A DNA stretch of 51,509 nucleotides, from the NCBI GenBank assembly GCA_964419535.1, contig CAYQQG010000001.1, positions 1 through 51,509 on the forward strand, given 5' to 3'. Below are positions 1-10,004 of the stretch, piece after piece. Every line of letters begins with the position of its first letter. Position 1 is the stretch's first letter. The position numbers and the translations under genes were made by a program. The notes beneath the pieces were generated by a model. The model was not told the origin of the DNA, did no database searches, and saw only the letters and a program-made list of their open reading frames with translations. Source of the DNA: an uncultured Sangeribacter sp. Its GTDB lineage: Bacteria; Bacteroidota; Bacteroidia; Bacteroidales; Muribaculaceae.

Positions 1-599
1 TCATATTTAAATCCTGCAAGATACATAGATTTTGGAGTACCATCACCAATGAGCTGTCCGGCATCCACTTTAATTGACTTGGGTAGATTCGTCGATGTGT
101 TGATAGTCACAGTGACCGATTTAACCCCTGAATTTCTCTTCTTCGGAGTCAGGACAACCACACGCTCTCCTTTCTTCGCACCAGTTCCCTCTTTGACCGA
201 ATAATCAGCCACGGAGGATATATAAAGGAGAGGATTGTTTTCCGCAAGTTCAGATTTTGTCGGATACCACATCGTCGTCTCATTGCTTTTTGAATTATAG
301 CTCCAAAGGGTTTTCCCGTCATACCAAGAACCTAACCCGGGAGCGGTCAATGCAAATTTCTGACCCTTGGAAAGTATGGTTCCGCTAAGCGTTTTTCCTG
401 AAATGACAGTCGTGAAATTTGCTTTTAGACTCTTCGCTGATGTCAATTTACTGACGCAAGCCTGTAAAGCTGCCGAAGGTGTCTTTTCGGCGGAAAAGCA
501 TGAAGGAGCGCAAATACCCGTTAATATTAAGAGCATTGCCATAAATCTGAACACGACGCTCCGCTTAAAATATTTATATGTTTGATATTTCTTCTCCAT
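1..599 (-). CDS. lolA: LolA-like outer-membrane lipoprotein carrier protein (3' end runs off the window)
   Basis: Not in the ORF track; translated by hand from ATG at 599: MEKKYQTYKYFKRSVVFRFMAMLLILTGICAPSCFSAEK...SLKANFT...GTILSKGQKFAL...SWYDGKTLWSYNSKSNETTM...NPLL..., open to base 1. The 'WYDGKTLWSY...NE...NP' pattern and the position just downstream of ftsK are typical of Bacteroidetes LolA-like genes. Confidence 0.75.
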   Translation of the reverse strand, partial: MEKKYQTYKYFKRSVVFRFMAMLLILTGICAPSCFSAEKTPSAALQACVSKLTSAKSLKANFTTVISGKTLSGTILSKGQKFALTAPGLGSWYDGKTLWSYNSKSNETTMWYPTKSELAENNPLLYISSVADYSVKEGTGAKKGERVVVLTPKKRNSGVKSVTVTINTSTNLPKSIKVDAGQLIGDGTPKSMYLAGFKY

Positions 600-605
600 T
601 ATAAT

Positions 606-3548
606 CTATTTGAGACTTAACGTTTTCAACAGCTCTGTTAAGCCGTATGCATCCATAAGCACCTGACGGGGCTTGCCACCCATGGAGGGACCGACAACGT
701 TATAGGACTCGAGCTGATCCATTATCTTTCCTGCCCTGTTATAACCGATCGACAGACGGCGTTGGATTCCGGATGTGGATCCGACACCCGAGGTCACCAC
801 TATTTCCGCCACCTCTGCAAAAAGAGGATCAAGAGAGTCCGCAGAACCGTATTGCCCGCCTCCTCCGTCACCGCTTTCTGTCAAAAGTGGATCGGGAAGT
901 ATATACGCACCGCTGTTGAACGGTTGCCGTCCGATGTATTCGCAAATTTGCTCAACCTCGGGTGTGTCAATAAATGCGCACTGGACCCTGACCATTTCAG
1001 AATTGTTGCTGATAAGCATATCGCCCTTACCGATAAGCTGTTGGGCCCCGGTGGTGTCCAGAATCGTCTTTGAATCCACACCGGAAGACACACGGAAAGC
1101 CATTCTCACGGGGAAGTTGGCCTTGATAATGCCCGTTATGACATTCGTCGAGGGACGCTGGGTCGCGATGATGACATGAATTCCGATTGCACGGGCTTTT
1201 TGAGCAAGACGGGCAATCGGCGTTTCAACCTCCTTGCCGGACGTCATGATCAAATCTGCAAACTCATCGACAATCAGAACGATATAGGGCAAAAATCTGT
1301 GTCCATCAGAAGGATTCAGCTGATTCCTATTTATTTTCGCATTATATTCCTCAATATTGCGGACTTCGGCTGTTCGCAAAAGTTTATATCGGTTGTCCAT
1401 CTCCAGACATAGGGACTGGAGCGTCGGAACAACCTTAGACATATCCGTCACTATGGCGTCCGAATCCTCAAGTTTCGCGAGATAATGAGATTCAATCTTT
1501 GCATAGAGAGAAAACTCAACCTCCTTGGGGTCAATCATTACGAATTTCAGTTCGTCCGGACGTTTCTTATATAACAACGAAGCGATGATTGCGTTCAATC
1601 CTACCGATTTTCCCTGACCCGTTGCTCCGGCGACAAGCAAATGCGGCATTTTGGTCAAATCAGCAATATACACATCATTGCCGATAGTCGAGCCCAAAGC
1701 GACCGGTAGCCTGTAGCGCGTCTCGGAATATTTGCGGCTTTCTATTATTGTCCGCATCGAAACGGTCTGAGGCTCGGCGTTAGCCACCTCAATTCCGACA
1801 GTACCTTTTCCGGGTATTGGCGCGATGACTCTGACCCCCTTGGCGGCCAGACTCAAAGCTATGTCATCTGCCAGATTCTTGATCTTGGCTATCTTAACAC
1901 CCTGTTCCGGCCGTATCTCATAAAGAGTGACCGTCGGGCCGACAGTGGCCTCGATATTCGTTATCGGGATCTTATGATAAAGAAGTGTCTCCCGGATCCG
2001 TTCCTTATTCGCTTGCTGTTCCTCTATATCAACCGTGACTTTGTGCTCCCCTTCCCTCAAAAGATCAGAACCGGGGAACCTGTAAAGATGTTTCAGAGAG
2101 CCGTCCTTCTTCTGTTCATCTGCCTTGGCTATATGATTGACATTGACAACCATTGGACCGGTGCCCTCATTGGTGGTATTTGGTTGCGCTCCTCCTTCAC
2201 TCGCATGAGAAGTACTATCTTTTCCTGAAACGTTGATCCCGGACTCATGGGCCACTTCGTCAGTACGCGCCTGACCGCTTAACGTTTCATTCGTATCTCC
2301 ACTTGAAGTTTCGGCCGACCCCGCTGACTCGGTGCTGAGCGCATTCATATTTACATTCTGATCTTCGGAATCAGAAGCCTCATCGCTTTTATTAAAGGAA
2401 TTATCCGCTTTGGGAAGACCGTCATGCTCTCCACCGGAATTAGCGTTATCCCTTATTCGTTCCGCTTCATCAAGATCATATAGATGCTGACCGGCTATAC
2501 CATGAGTGTTTAAGGAGGTCTCCGCTTCGTCTTCAAGATCATAACCTTGCAAAGAGGCGTCGATCTCAACGTCATTTCCTTCGAAACTTAACGTATTCTC
2601 CTTGTCTTCTGTCTCATTTTCCTTCGCTTCTGATTCGCCGGCTTTTATGGCATCAATCTCCTCGCGCATCCTCATCTCAGACAATTCGCGTTCAAGATCC
2701 TCCTGCTCCTGTTTGATTCGGAGAGCTTCGCGGCGTTTTGCGGCTATCTCATTCTTCTTTCTGATTATCCAATTGACAAAATCTCTCAGGCATATTATAA
2801 AGAACGTAGCGACCAAAATCATGCATAAGATAGCACCGCCGATCCAGCCGGTAAAACCAATGATGAACTCATTGACATATCGTCCGTGATAACCACCCCA
2901 ATTCACGGGCGTATCCCAGGCTATCGTAAGGAGTCCAACGATCAGGGAGACTGTGATAAGCGCTATTAGACATTTTATGGTGAAGTTCACCGACTTAAAT
3001 CTCGGCCACCCGGAAAGCATTTTCAATCCGATAGCGAACAACCAGATTATGATCACGAATGATCCGACTCCGAACGAACCGTTGATCAGGAACTCCGAAA
3101 GTCTCGCCCCTCCCTCTCCGGCTTTGTTGCCGACCGCCGGAAGCGAACCGACACCCGAATTTATAATTGCTGCCTGATCGGATATGCAATTGGAAAAATA
3201 TGAGATGAAAGCGACCAAAAGATATATTCCGAAACCGCACAGGACTATCCCCCCGATCCAACGCATTGTCTGAGGGTTGAAAATCTCTTTTAACGAAGAA
3301 TTAGCCTCCGGGGCTGAGTTGACTGATTTTGCAGTCCCTGTTCCGGCCGGTTTTTTATTGGCGGCCGCAGACTTTGAACGGGACCGTGTCGTTTTCACAC
3401 GATGACCTTTCGGGGCTTTTTTCTTTGTTTCGTCATAATTTGCAATCGTTTCTCCCATTTCAGCGGAGGCCGATCCCCCGGTTCTCTTCTTTGGCAGATC
3501 CACGACCGGATTATAACTGTCTGAATATTTCTGGCGGTTATCGCTCAT
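606..3548 (-). CDS. ftsK: DNA translocase FtsK
   Basis: N-terminal TM helices, long acidic linker, Walker A 'HLLVAGATGQGKS', 'MIDPK', Walker B 'VDEFADL', 'QKARAIGIH', C-terminal gamma domain 'IQRRLSIGYNRAGKIMDQLE'. Confidence 0.97.
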   Translation of the reverse strand: MSDNRQKYSDSYNPVVDLPKKRTGGSASAEMGETIANYDETKKKAPKGHRVKTTRSRSKSAAANKKPAGTGTAKSVNSAPEANSSLKEIFNPQTMRWIGGIVLCGFGIYLLVAFISYFSNCISDQAAIINSGVGSLPAVGNKAGEGGARLSEFLINGSFGVGSFVIIIWLFAIGLKMLSGWPRFKSVNFTIKCLIALITVSLIVGLLTIAWDTPVNWGGYHGRYVNEFIIGFTGWIGGAILCMILVATFFIICLRDFVNWIIRKKNEIAAKRREALRIKQEQEDLERELSEMRMREEIDAIKAGESEAKENETEDKENTLSFEGNDVEIDASLQGYDLEDEAETSLNTHGIAGQHLYDLDEAERIRDNANSGGEHDGLPKADNSFNKSDEASDSEDQNVNMNALSTESAGSAETSSGDTNETLSGQARTDEVAHESGINVSGKDSTSHASEGGAQPNTTNEGTGPMVVNVNHIAKADEQKKDGSLKHLYRFPGSDLLREGEHKVTVDIEEQQANKERIRETLLYHKIPITNIEATVGPTVTLYEIRPEQGVKIAKIKNLADDIALSLAAKGVRVIAPIPGKGTVGIEVANAEPQTVSMRTIIESRKYSETRYRLPVALGSTIGNDVYIADLTKMPHLLVAGATGQGKSVGLNAIIASLLYKKRPDELKFVMIDPKEVEFSLYAKIESHYLAKLEDSDAIVTDMSKVVPTLQSLCLEMDNRYKLLRTAEVRNIEEYNAKINRNQLNPSDGHRFLPYIVLIVDEFADLIMTSGKEVETPIARLAQKARAIGIHVIIATQRPSTNVITGIIKANFPVRMAFRVSSGVDSKTILDTTGAQQLIGKGDMLISNNSEMVRVQCAFIDTPEVEQICEYIGRQPFNSGAYILPDPLLTESGDGGGGQYGSADSLDPLFAEVAEIVVTSGVGSTSGIQRRLSIGYNRAGKIMDQLESYNVVGPSMGGKPRQVLMDAYGLTELLKTLSLK

Positions 3549-3551
3549 TTA

Positions 3552-3680
3552 ATATATCAATCTTTTTATTATTGATCAATCTTTTTTATCCTTGATCAAC
3601 CTTTTGATCATACCTATAATCTTGATCAATCTTTTAATTATTGACCAAGCTGAATTTTATCAATCCTTATATCTTGATTA
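3552..3680. repeat. Degenerate 12-20 bp tandem array with palindromic TTGATCAA core, filling the ldt-ftsK spacer
   Basis: TTGATCAA at 3572, 3592, 3622; variants TTGATCAT 3604, TTGACCAA 3641, TTTATCAA 3656, ATATCAA near 3554; most are followed by (T/C)CTTTT. Confidence 0.75.
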
Positions 3681-4724
3681 CACCTCTGCTTGTTCTCCTT
3701 TTGGAGCTGTTTCCGACGGTGCCGGAGCGGCCGGAGCGGCCGGAGTCTGTTCTGAAGGCTTCACGACCTCGGGTTCGGACTTGGGAGTATTTTCCTGAAC
3801 GGGGTCAACAGCATCCTGTGCCGGAGCCGTATTCAAACTGTCGGCCGCAGCTTTGTTATTATTCGCTGCAGGCTTATTATAGGGATGAAGCTCATATTCA
3901 GAAACCGAACCGGCAACACAAGGCTTGCCGCCTTTAACAACCGGCACCGAAGGAACCGGATGACCTTCACGGGCGTTGACCGCCATATCCTTCGGACCTG
4001 GCGATACGATCACGGGCATTCCGGTCTCACACAATTTGTGTATACGCATTATATTATCATTAGTCATACGGATACATCCGTGCGAGCGGCGGCCTCCAAT
4101 GCTTCCGGGCGCCGACGTGCCGTGAATGCCGATTTGCGGTGCTATGCGCATATATCTCGGACCGAACGATCCTTTTGCCGGCGAGGTATACCCGGCGTCA
4201 TTCGTGAAAAGCCAATCTGTGGAATCGTAAATACCTTTGATTGTGAAGAATCCTTCGGGAGTGCGGCTGTCCCCCTTCTGCCTCTTGTTGCCATAATTCT
4301 TGGCGCATGCGATTCCGACACTCTCAATCGGCTGCCCATACTTGTCATAACGGTATAATTTCATCGTGTTCTTGTCAACGATAAGAAATCCGTTATGGGT
4401 GTTATCAAGAAGTTTCGAGGCATACTCAGGAACATATTCCGCAATTGTGGGGATGATTCCGGCTTCGTATTTCTCGCGGTTCGGAGAATCCTGAATGAAT
4501 TTATCGATCTCAGCTTTCGAACGAATGTGAACTGGCTGAGCCTTTTTTATCGAATCGTCCTTGACGGAATCTGCCTGCTCAATTATCTTCAAGGCGGAGT
4601 CGGCGGAAATGCCGGTTGCGATTGAATCGTTTGCGGGAGTGGAATTGCCTCCGCATGAGACAACCCCCAACACAAATGGAAAAAGTATAGCGCTTGAATA
4701 AATCAGAGTCTTTAATGATTTCAT
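3678..4724 (-). CDS. L,D-transpeptidase (YkuD family) lipoprotein
   Basis: Lipobox 'VVS-C'; 'GDSRTPEG', 'IGIHGT...SHGCIRM' (HxxxxSxGC catalytic motif); Pro/Ala-rich low-complexity C-terminus. Confidence 0.9.
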   Translation of the reverse strand: MKSLKTLIYSSAILFPFVLGVVSCGGNSTPANDSIATGISADSALKIIEQADSVKDDSIKKAQPVHIRSKAEIDKFIQDSPNREKYEAGIIPTIAEYVPEYASKLLDNTHNGFLIVDKNTMKLYRYDKYGQPIESVGIACAKNYGNKRQKGDSRTPEGFFTIKGIYDSTDWLFTNDAGYTSPAKGSFGPRYMRIAPQIGIHGTSAPGSIGGRRSHGCIRMTNDNIMRIHKLCETGMPVIVSPGPKDMAVNAREGHPVPSVPVVKGGKPCVAGSVSEYELHPYNKPAANNNKAAADSLNTAPAQDAVDPVQENTPKSEPEVVKPSEQTPAAPAAPAPSETAPKGEQAEV

Positions 4725-4838
4725 TGGTGATGAAAAAATCAGTTTATGTATACGAAAAAGATTAGTAACGTCACATTAGAATCCGAAGAACCCGGACTTT
4801 GAAAAGAATTTTCCGGGACTTCGGATTGAAATATAATG

Positions 4839-4878
4839 CAAAGATAACTATAATTTCAGAAAAAATTATTAAATTCGC
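4839..4878. promoter_or_regulatory. Back-to-back Bacteroidetes sigma-A -7 elements for the ldt-ftsK unit (-) and the dxs unit (+)
   Basis: CAAAGATA at 4839-4846 is TATCTTTG on the minus strand; TAAATTCG at 4870-4877 is a one-mismatch TAnnTTTG on the plus strand. Confidence 0.5.
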
Positions 4879-4882
4879 GTCA

Positions 4883-5101
4883 ATGAAACAAAATAATTCT
4901 CAAAAAAACGTAGATTACTCCAAATTAATAGGTGTTATCTTCTTATTATTCTTATGGATTGCGCTCGTTTGGGTGCTTTTTGAACGCGGAGGAATAAATT
5001 TAAAAAATCTTCTCGTAGCCGCTTTTTCGGGAATTATCATCATCTATCCATTATGGAAGAAATTTCTTCGACCTCTGAAAGAGGACAACAGCAAGAGATG
5101 A
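4883..5101 (+). CDS. Small two-TM membrane protein (72 aa), translationally coupled to dxs
   Basis: ATG 4883 (MKQNNSQKNVDYSKLIGVIFLLFLWIALVW...), two hydrophobic segments; stop overlaps the dxs ATG (ATGA at 5098-5101). Confidence 0.65.
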   Translation: MKQNNSQKNVDYSKLIGVIFLLFLWIALVWVLFERGGINLKNLLVAAFSGIIIIYPLWKKFLRPLKEDNSKR

Positions 5102-7026
5102 GCGGGTCCACCGTTCCCCCGATGCTCTCGCGTATATCTTCGCCTTCTGACCTGAGAAGTTTCCCTCAGAGCACATTGCCCGAATTGTGCCGGGAGATAA
5201 GACAATATCTGATTCAGTCTCTATCAGAAAATCCCGGTCATTTCGCTTCCAGCATGGGCGCAGTCGAGATCATTGTTGCGCTCCATTATGTTTTCAACAC
5301 TCCTTTTGACCGGATCGTATTTGATGTCGGTCATCAGGCATATGCCCATAAACTTCTGACCGGAAGACGCGAGAAATTCGCGACCCAGAGAACCCTTGGA
5401 GGATTATCGGGGTTCCCCTCCCCTATGGAATCGGAATATGACACTTTTGTTGCCGGCCATGCATCCAACTCTATTTCTGCGGCCCTCGGAATGGCGATCG
5501 CCGACAAACTTTCCGTTGGGAACGAAAACAGGAAGACGATCGCTCTGATCGGCGACGCTTCAATTTCAGGCGGACTTGCATTTGAAGGTCTGAATAATGC
5601 CGCCAACAATCCCAATGACTTGCTCATAATCTTGAATGACAATGAGATGAGCATCGATGACAATGTCGGTGCCTTGCATCGGTATCTCGCCGCGCTCACG
5701 ACCTCGAACCGTTATAATAAAATCCGCAAACGAATATACGACACTTTCCGCAACCGCGGATATATCGGTGACTCCGGAAAAGGCAGAATCCTGCGGTTCA
5801 ATAACTCTATAAAGGCTCTTGTTTCTAACCAACAAAATATTTTTGAAGGACTGAATATCCGCTATTTCGGACCTTTTGACGGCAACGACGTCGAAAAGGT
5901 TGTCAAGGTACTGAAAGAAATAAAAGACATGAAAGGGCCCAGAATCCTTCATCTTCATACGGTCAAGGGCAAGGGATTCCCGACTGCGGAGAAAGATCCG
6001 ACAACATGGCACGCTCCGGGCAAATTCGATCCTTCCTCGGGAGAACGCAAATCAAAGCCGACTGAAGGGACACTATGGCAGGATGTGTTTGGAAAAACTC
6101 TTGTCCGGCTCGCGACTGAAGATGATTCCATTGTCGGAATCACGGCGGCTATGCCAACAGGCACCTCGATGTCCCTTATGCTCAAAAAATTTCCCACACG
6201 GACTTTCGATGTCGGAATTTCTGAAGGTCACGCCGTCACTTTTGCCGGTGGGCTTGCGGCCGGAGGGAAACACCCCTTCGTGGCTATATATTCTTCTTTT
6301 CTCCAGAGAGCTTACGACAATATAATTCATGACGTGGCTATTCAAGGACTTCCGGTCACGTTCTGCATTGACCGCTCAGGACTTGTGGGTGAAGACGGCG
6401 TGACACATCACGGACTGTTTGACCTTGTATATTTGAGATGCATCCCAGGAATGACAATCGCGGCTCCAATGGACGCCCCGACACTTCAAAGTCTCATGCT
6501 GACGGCATCGCGCCACAAAGGTCCTTTCGCAATCCGTTATCCCAGAGGAAAAGCACCGTTGACGCCCGAGGAAATAAGCGACGACCGGCCGATTGAACCG
6601 ATTGAGATAGGGAAAGGCAGAATTGTCACTGACTCGCCGCAGGCTGCAGCCGCGATCCTGACAATCGGAGATTCAGGCAACGAGGCTGCCAAGGCAGTCA
6701 AATTGCTTAAGGAAAAGGGTATTCCGGTTGCGCATTACGACATGATATGGCTCAAACCGCTGGATTCTTCACTTTTGGAGGAAATTTTCAAAAATCATCA
6801 GCTGATTGTCACTGTTGAAGACGGCGCCCGTCAGGGCGGGTTCGGTTCGGCCGTAATGCAATGGGCGGCGGAAAGAGGCCTGACTGGAAATGCAGAAATC
6901 AAGACACTGGGGATTCCGGACGAATGGATCGCTCACGGAAACGTGGCCAAATTGCGTGAAATTGCAGGAATTGACTCTGAAACAATTGCCCGTTCGGTCG
7001 AAGAGAATTTAAAAGACCGAAAGTAA
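5098..7026 (+). CDS. dxs: 1-deoxy-D-xylulose-5-phosphate synthase
   Basis: 'GHFASSMGAVE', 'FDVGHQAYAHK', 'IGDASISGG', 'LNDNEMSI', 'AIYSSFLQRAYD', 'DGVTHHG', 'IRYPRG'. Start placed at ATG 5098 rather than 5053. Confidence 0.96.
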   Translation: MSGSTVPPMLSRISSPSDLRSFPQSTLPELCREIRQYLIQSLSENPGHFASSMGAVEIIVALHYVFNTPFDRIVFDVGHQAYAHKLLTGRREKFATQRTLGGLSGFPSPMESEYDTFVAGHASNSISAALGMAIADKLSVGNENRKTIALIGDASISGGLAFEGLNNAANNPNDLLIILNDNEMSIDDNVGALHRYLAALTTSNRYNKIRKRIYDTFRNRGYIGDSGKGRILRFNNSIKALVSNQQNIFEGLNIRYFGPFDGNDVEKVVKVLKEIKDMKGPRILHLHTVKGKGFPTAEKDPTTWHAPGKFDPSSGERKSKPTEGTLWQDVFGKTLVRLATEDDSIVGITAAMPTGTSMSLMLKKFPTRTFDVGISEGHAVTFAGGLAAGGKHPFVAIYSSFLQRAYDNIIHDVAIQGLPVTFCIDRSGLVGEDGVTHHGLFDLVYLRCIPGMTIAAPMDAPTLQSLMLTASRHKGPFAIRYPRGKAPLTPEEISDDRPIEPIEIGKGRIVTDSPQAAAAILTIGDSGNEAAKAVKLLKEKGIPVAHYDMIWLKPLDSSLLEEIFKNHQLIVTVEDGARQGGFGSAVMQWAAERGLTGNAEIKTLGIPDEWIAHGNVAKLREIAGIDSETIARSVEENLKDRK

Positions 7027-7109
7027 CTCTTTAAATATGATTATATAATCAGTAACTCAGAGAGGAACGCTATCTTTTTGAAGAGTTACTTAACCGAAAA
7101 CAATATCAA

Positions 7110-8444
7110 GTGAAGATAATAATTGCCGGTGCCGGAGAGGTTGGCTGCCATTTGGCCAAAATGCTGTCCGGTGAAGACCAGGACATAATCCTTATAGACG
7201 GCGACCAATCCAAATTGGACTCCATAGACTCAAACTATAATCTGATGACATGGAACGGAAGCACGTCCTCTTTTCAGACCTTACGCGATGTGGGTGTCAA
7301 AGATTGTGATCTGTATGTGGCGGTCACTCCCTTCGAGACGCGGAACATCACGGCTTGCTCCATAGCCAAGAGGCTCGGAGCGAACAAAACGGTCGCCAGA
7401 ATCGACAATTCTGAATTTCTGAAGCCTGAAAACGGTAAGATCCTTAAATCTGTAGGAGCTGACTTTCTCATATATCCTGAAAATCTCGCAGCCTCGGAAA
7501 TTCATTCCGCCCTTCAACATAACTGGACCAGATATTGGGGAGAACTTCACGACGGAAGACTCGTCATGATCGGAGTCAAATTGCATTCAAAGTCAGAACT
7601 GATAGACAAGAAATTAAGGGATATCACATTCTCTACTCATGATTTTCACGTCGCTGCGATCAAACGCAACAGCGAAACGATCATCCCGACCGGCAATGAC
7701 GAGTTGCGCCATGACGACATTGTTTATTTCATAACCACTCCCCCGTTCATTGATAAAGTCCGTGAAATATGCGGTAAGAAAAAACGTGTCATAAAGCGCG
7801 CTATGATTATGGGCGGAACCCGCATAACCAAACGATTCGCCACTCTGTATTCTGACAAATATGACATAAGGATCATAGAGTCCGACCGCGCGATATGTGA
7901 AGAATTAGCGACCAACCTCCCTGACTGTGAGGTGGTTCACGGAGACGGCCGGGATATCGAGATTCTCCGCGAAAACAACATTTATCAATATGACGCCTTT
8001 CTCGCGCTGACAGACTCTTCCGAGGGGAATATCCTTTCGTGTCTTACAGCTAAGGAATTCGGGGTACCAAAAACCGTGGCCGACGTTGAGAACCTTCAGT
8101 TTTTCTCACAAGCGGAGAACCTCAACATCGGAACAATAATTAATAAAAAGCTCCTTGCTTCCTCCAAGATTTTCAAGCTCTTGCTCGACGCTGACGAGAG
8201 CAGCGCGAAATTCCTTGTGCTCGCGGACGCGGAAGTGGCGGAACTTCAGGCAAAGAAAGGCTCAAAAATAACGAAAGCAGTTGTCAAAGATCTTCATCTG
8301 CCTTTCGGAATGACATTGGCCGCTCTTGCGCGCGGCGAGAAATGCGAACTAATATCCGGCATGACAAAAATTGAGCCGGGAGATTATGTCGTTGTCTTCT
8401 GCCTCAGCGGAATGTTCTCTAAAGTTGAGAAACTATTTAATTAG
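7110..8444 (+). CDS. trkA: Trk potassium uptake NAD-binding subunit TrkA
   Basis: 'MKIIIAGAGEVG', two RCK_N/RCK_C pairs, adjacent to trkH; GTG start. Confidence 0.95.
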   Translation: MKIIIAGAGEVGCHLAKMLSGEDQDIILIDGDQSKLDSIDSNYNLMTWNGSTSSFQTLRDVGVKDCDLYVAVTPFETRNITACSIAKRLGANKTVARIDNSEFLKPENGKILKSVGADFLIYPENLAASEIHSALQHNWTRYWGELHDGRLVMIGVKLHSKSELIDKKLRDITFSTHDFHVAAIKRNSETIIPTGNDELRHDDIVYFITTPPFIDKVREICGKKKRVIKRAMIMGGTRITKRFATLYSDKYDIRIIESDRAICEELATNLPDCEVVHGDGRDIEILRENNIYQYDAFLALTDSSEGNILSCLTAKEFGVPKTVADVENLQFFSQAENLNIGTIINKKLLASSKIFKLLLDADESSAKFLVLADAEVAELQAKKGSKITKAVVKDLHLPFGMTLAALARGEKCELISGMTKIEPGDYVVVFCLSGMFSKVEKLFN

Positions 8445-8528
8445 GAGACTGCATAAGAAAATTAGGGAATGCAAAATAATAGGGCTCTGAGTGTGAAATC
8501 CAACACAAGAATCTGATAATCGGGAACT

Positions 8529-10004
8529 ATGCTGACATATAGAAAGAAGTCGTATATTAATTTCAGGATGCTGCTCCGGATTGTGGGCTGGCTTCTTATA
8601 ATCGAGTCGGCCATAATGGTTATTCCGTGTTCCGTCGGAATTATTTATGGAGAAGGGAGCGTCATCCCTTTCCTCATAAGCATCGGCATCACGGCCGCAG
8701 TCGGATTCAGCCTGAGAAGTCTGCGACCCAAAAACCGTGATATGGGCCAACGCGAAGCCATTCTACTCACGGGACTCACATGGGTGATCCTTTCTCTTTT
8801 CGGAATGTTGCCTTTCCTCCTTTGCCGGACTCATTTCACAATCACCGACGCGTTTTTCGAGACGATGTCCGGTTTCACGACAACCGGTGCTTCGGTCCTT
8901 GACTCCTTGGAGAATGTGCCTCATTCAATCCTTCTCTGGAGGTGCATCGACCAATGGATCGGCGGACTTGGAATCATACTCTTTACCCTTGCCATCGTGC
9001 CGATGCTCAACACCTCGGGTGGCATGATGATGTTTAATGCCGAAGTGACCGGAATCACCCATGATAAACTTCAACCGAGAATCGGAAATACCTCAAAAGG
9101 TTTATGGATGGTTTATATTGTCTTGACTCTAACTCTCATTATACTTCTTCTATGCTCAGAGATGAATGTCTTCGATTCGTTATGCTATGGCCTTTCAACC
9201 ATGTCCACGGGAGGATTCGGAAATTCAGATCTTTCGATCGGCAAATGGAACTCAATATATATAAAGATCGTCATGACAATCTTTATGTTCCTCGGAGGCG
9301 TCAACTTTTCGCTTCTGTTCGGACTTTCCCAAGGCAGGTGGAGAGGGATCTTGAAGAATGACGCCCTCAAGTGGTATGCCTCCATTATCATTATCTGCTA
9401 TCTTATCTTCACCCTCAATATATTCTTCAGAGGAATCGGCAAGAATATAAGTGATTATACTATAGATCCTCTCTTTCAGGCAATCTCAATTCTATCGTCG
9501 ACCGGTTTGACAGAACCGGACTTTCACGATTGGGGACCTGTCAGCATCATTGCCCTCGTGGTGATGATGATTATGGGTGCATGTGCCGGTTCGACATCAG
9601 GTGGAGCAAAGATTGACCGTTTCATAATGCTTATACGCTTCCTTCGGAATGAATTTTACAGGATGATGCATCCGAATGCAATCCGGACAGTTGTCATCAA
9701 TGGGAAAGGGACGCCTCAGCCGATACTGATGAAAACGCTCGCATTCCTTTTCATGTATATCATAGTGATCATACTCGGTGCGACGGGCCTGATGATGTGC
9801 AATCTTCCTCTGAAAGACAGCATTTTCTGCTCACTGTCCGCGGTCAGCAATACAGGTCTGGGAACTGACATCACCGGGATCGCAGGAAATTATTCTCAAG
9901 TAAGCGATCTCGCGAAATGGATTTTATGTTTCCTGATGCTCACGGGGCGTCTTGAGCTTTATACAGTCCTCCTTATTTTCACACCGGGTTTCTGGAAGAA
10001 ATAA
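8529..10004 (+). CDS. trkH: Trk potassium uptake membrane subunit TrkH
   Basis: Pore loops 'FETMSGFTTTG', 'QWIGGLG', 'STMSTGGF', 'GACAGSTSGG', 'GRLEL'. Confidence 0.95.
   Translation: MLTYRKKSYINFRMLLRIVGWLLIIESAIMVIPCSVGIIYGEGSVIPFLISIGITAAVGFSLRSLRPKNRDMGQREAILLTGLTWVILSLFGMLPFLLCRTHFTITDAFFETMSGFTTTGASVLDSLENVPHSILLWRCIDQWIGGLGIILFTLAIVPMLNTSGGMMMFNAEVTGITHDKLQPRIGNTSKGLWMVYIVLTLTLIILLLCSEMNVFDSLCYGLSTMSTGGFGNSDLSIGKWNSIYIKIVMTIFMFLGGVNFSLLFGLSQGRWRGILKNDALKWYASIIIICYLIFTLNIFFRGIGKNISDYTIDPLFQAISILSSTGLTEPDFHDWGPVSIIALVVMMIMGACAGSTSGGAKIDRFIMLIRFLRNEFYRMMHPNAIRTVVINGKGTPQPILMKTLAFLFMYIIVIILGATGLMMCNLPLKDSIFCSLSAVSNTGLGTDITGIAGNYSQVSDLAKWILCFLMLTGRLELYTVLLIFTPGFWKK

Noticed and set aside
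367-585. 72-aa plus-strand ORF
   Set aside because: Antisense to the lolA-like gene at 1-599.
3721-3746. 9-bp tandem repeat GCCGGAGCG
   Set aside because: In-frame coding repeat for the PAAPAAPA tail; ordinary low-complexity linker.
3592-3798. 68-aa ORF starting MINLLIIPIILINLL
   Set aside because: The hydrophobic start is only the translation of the TTGATCAA array; the rest is antisense to the L,D-transpeptidase.
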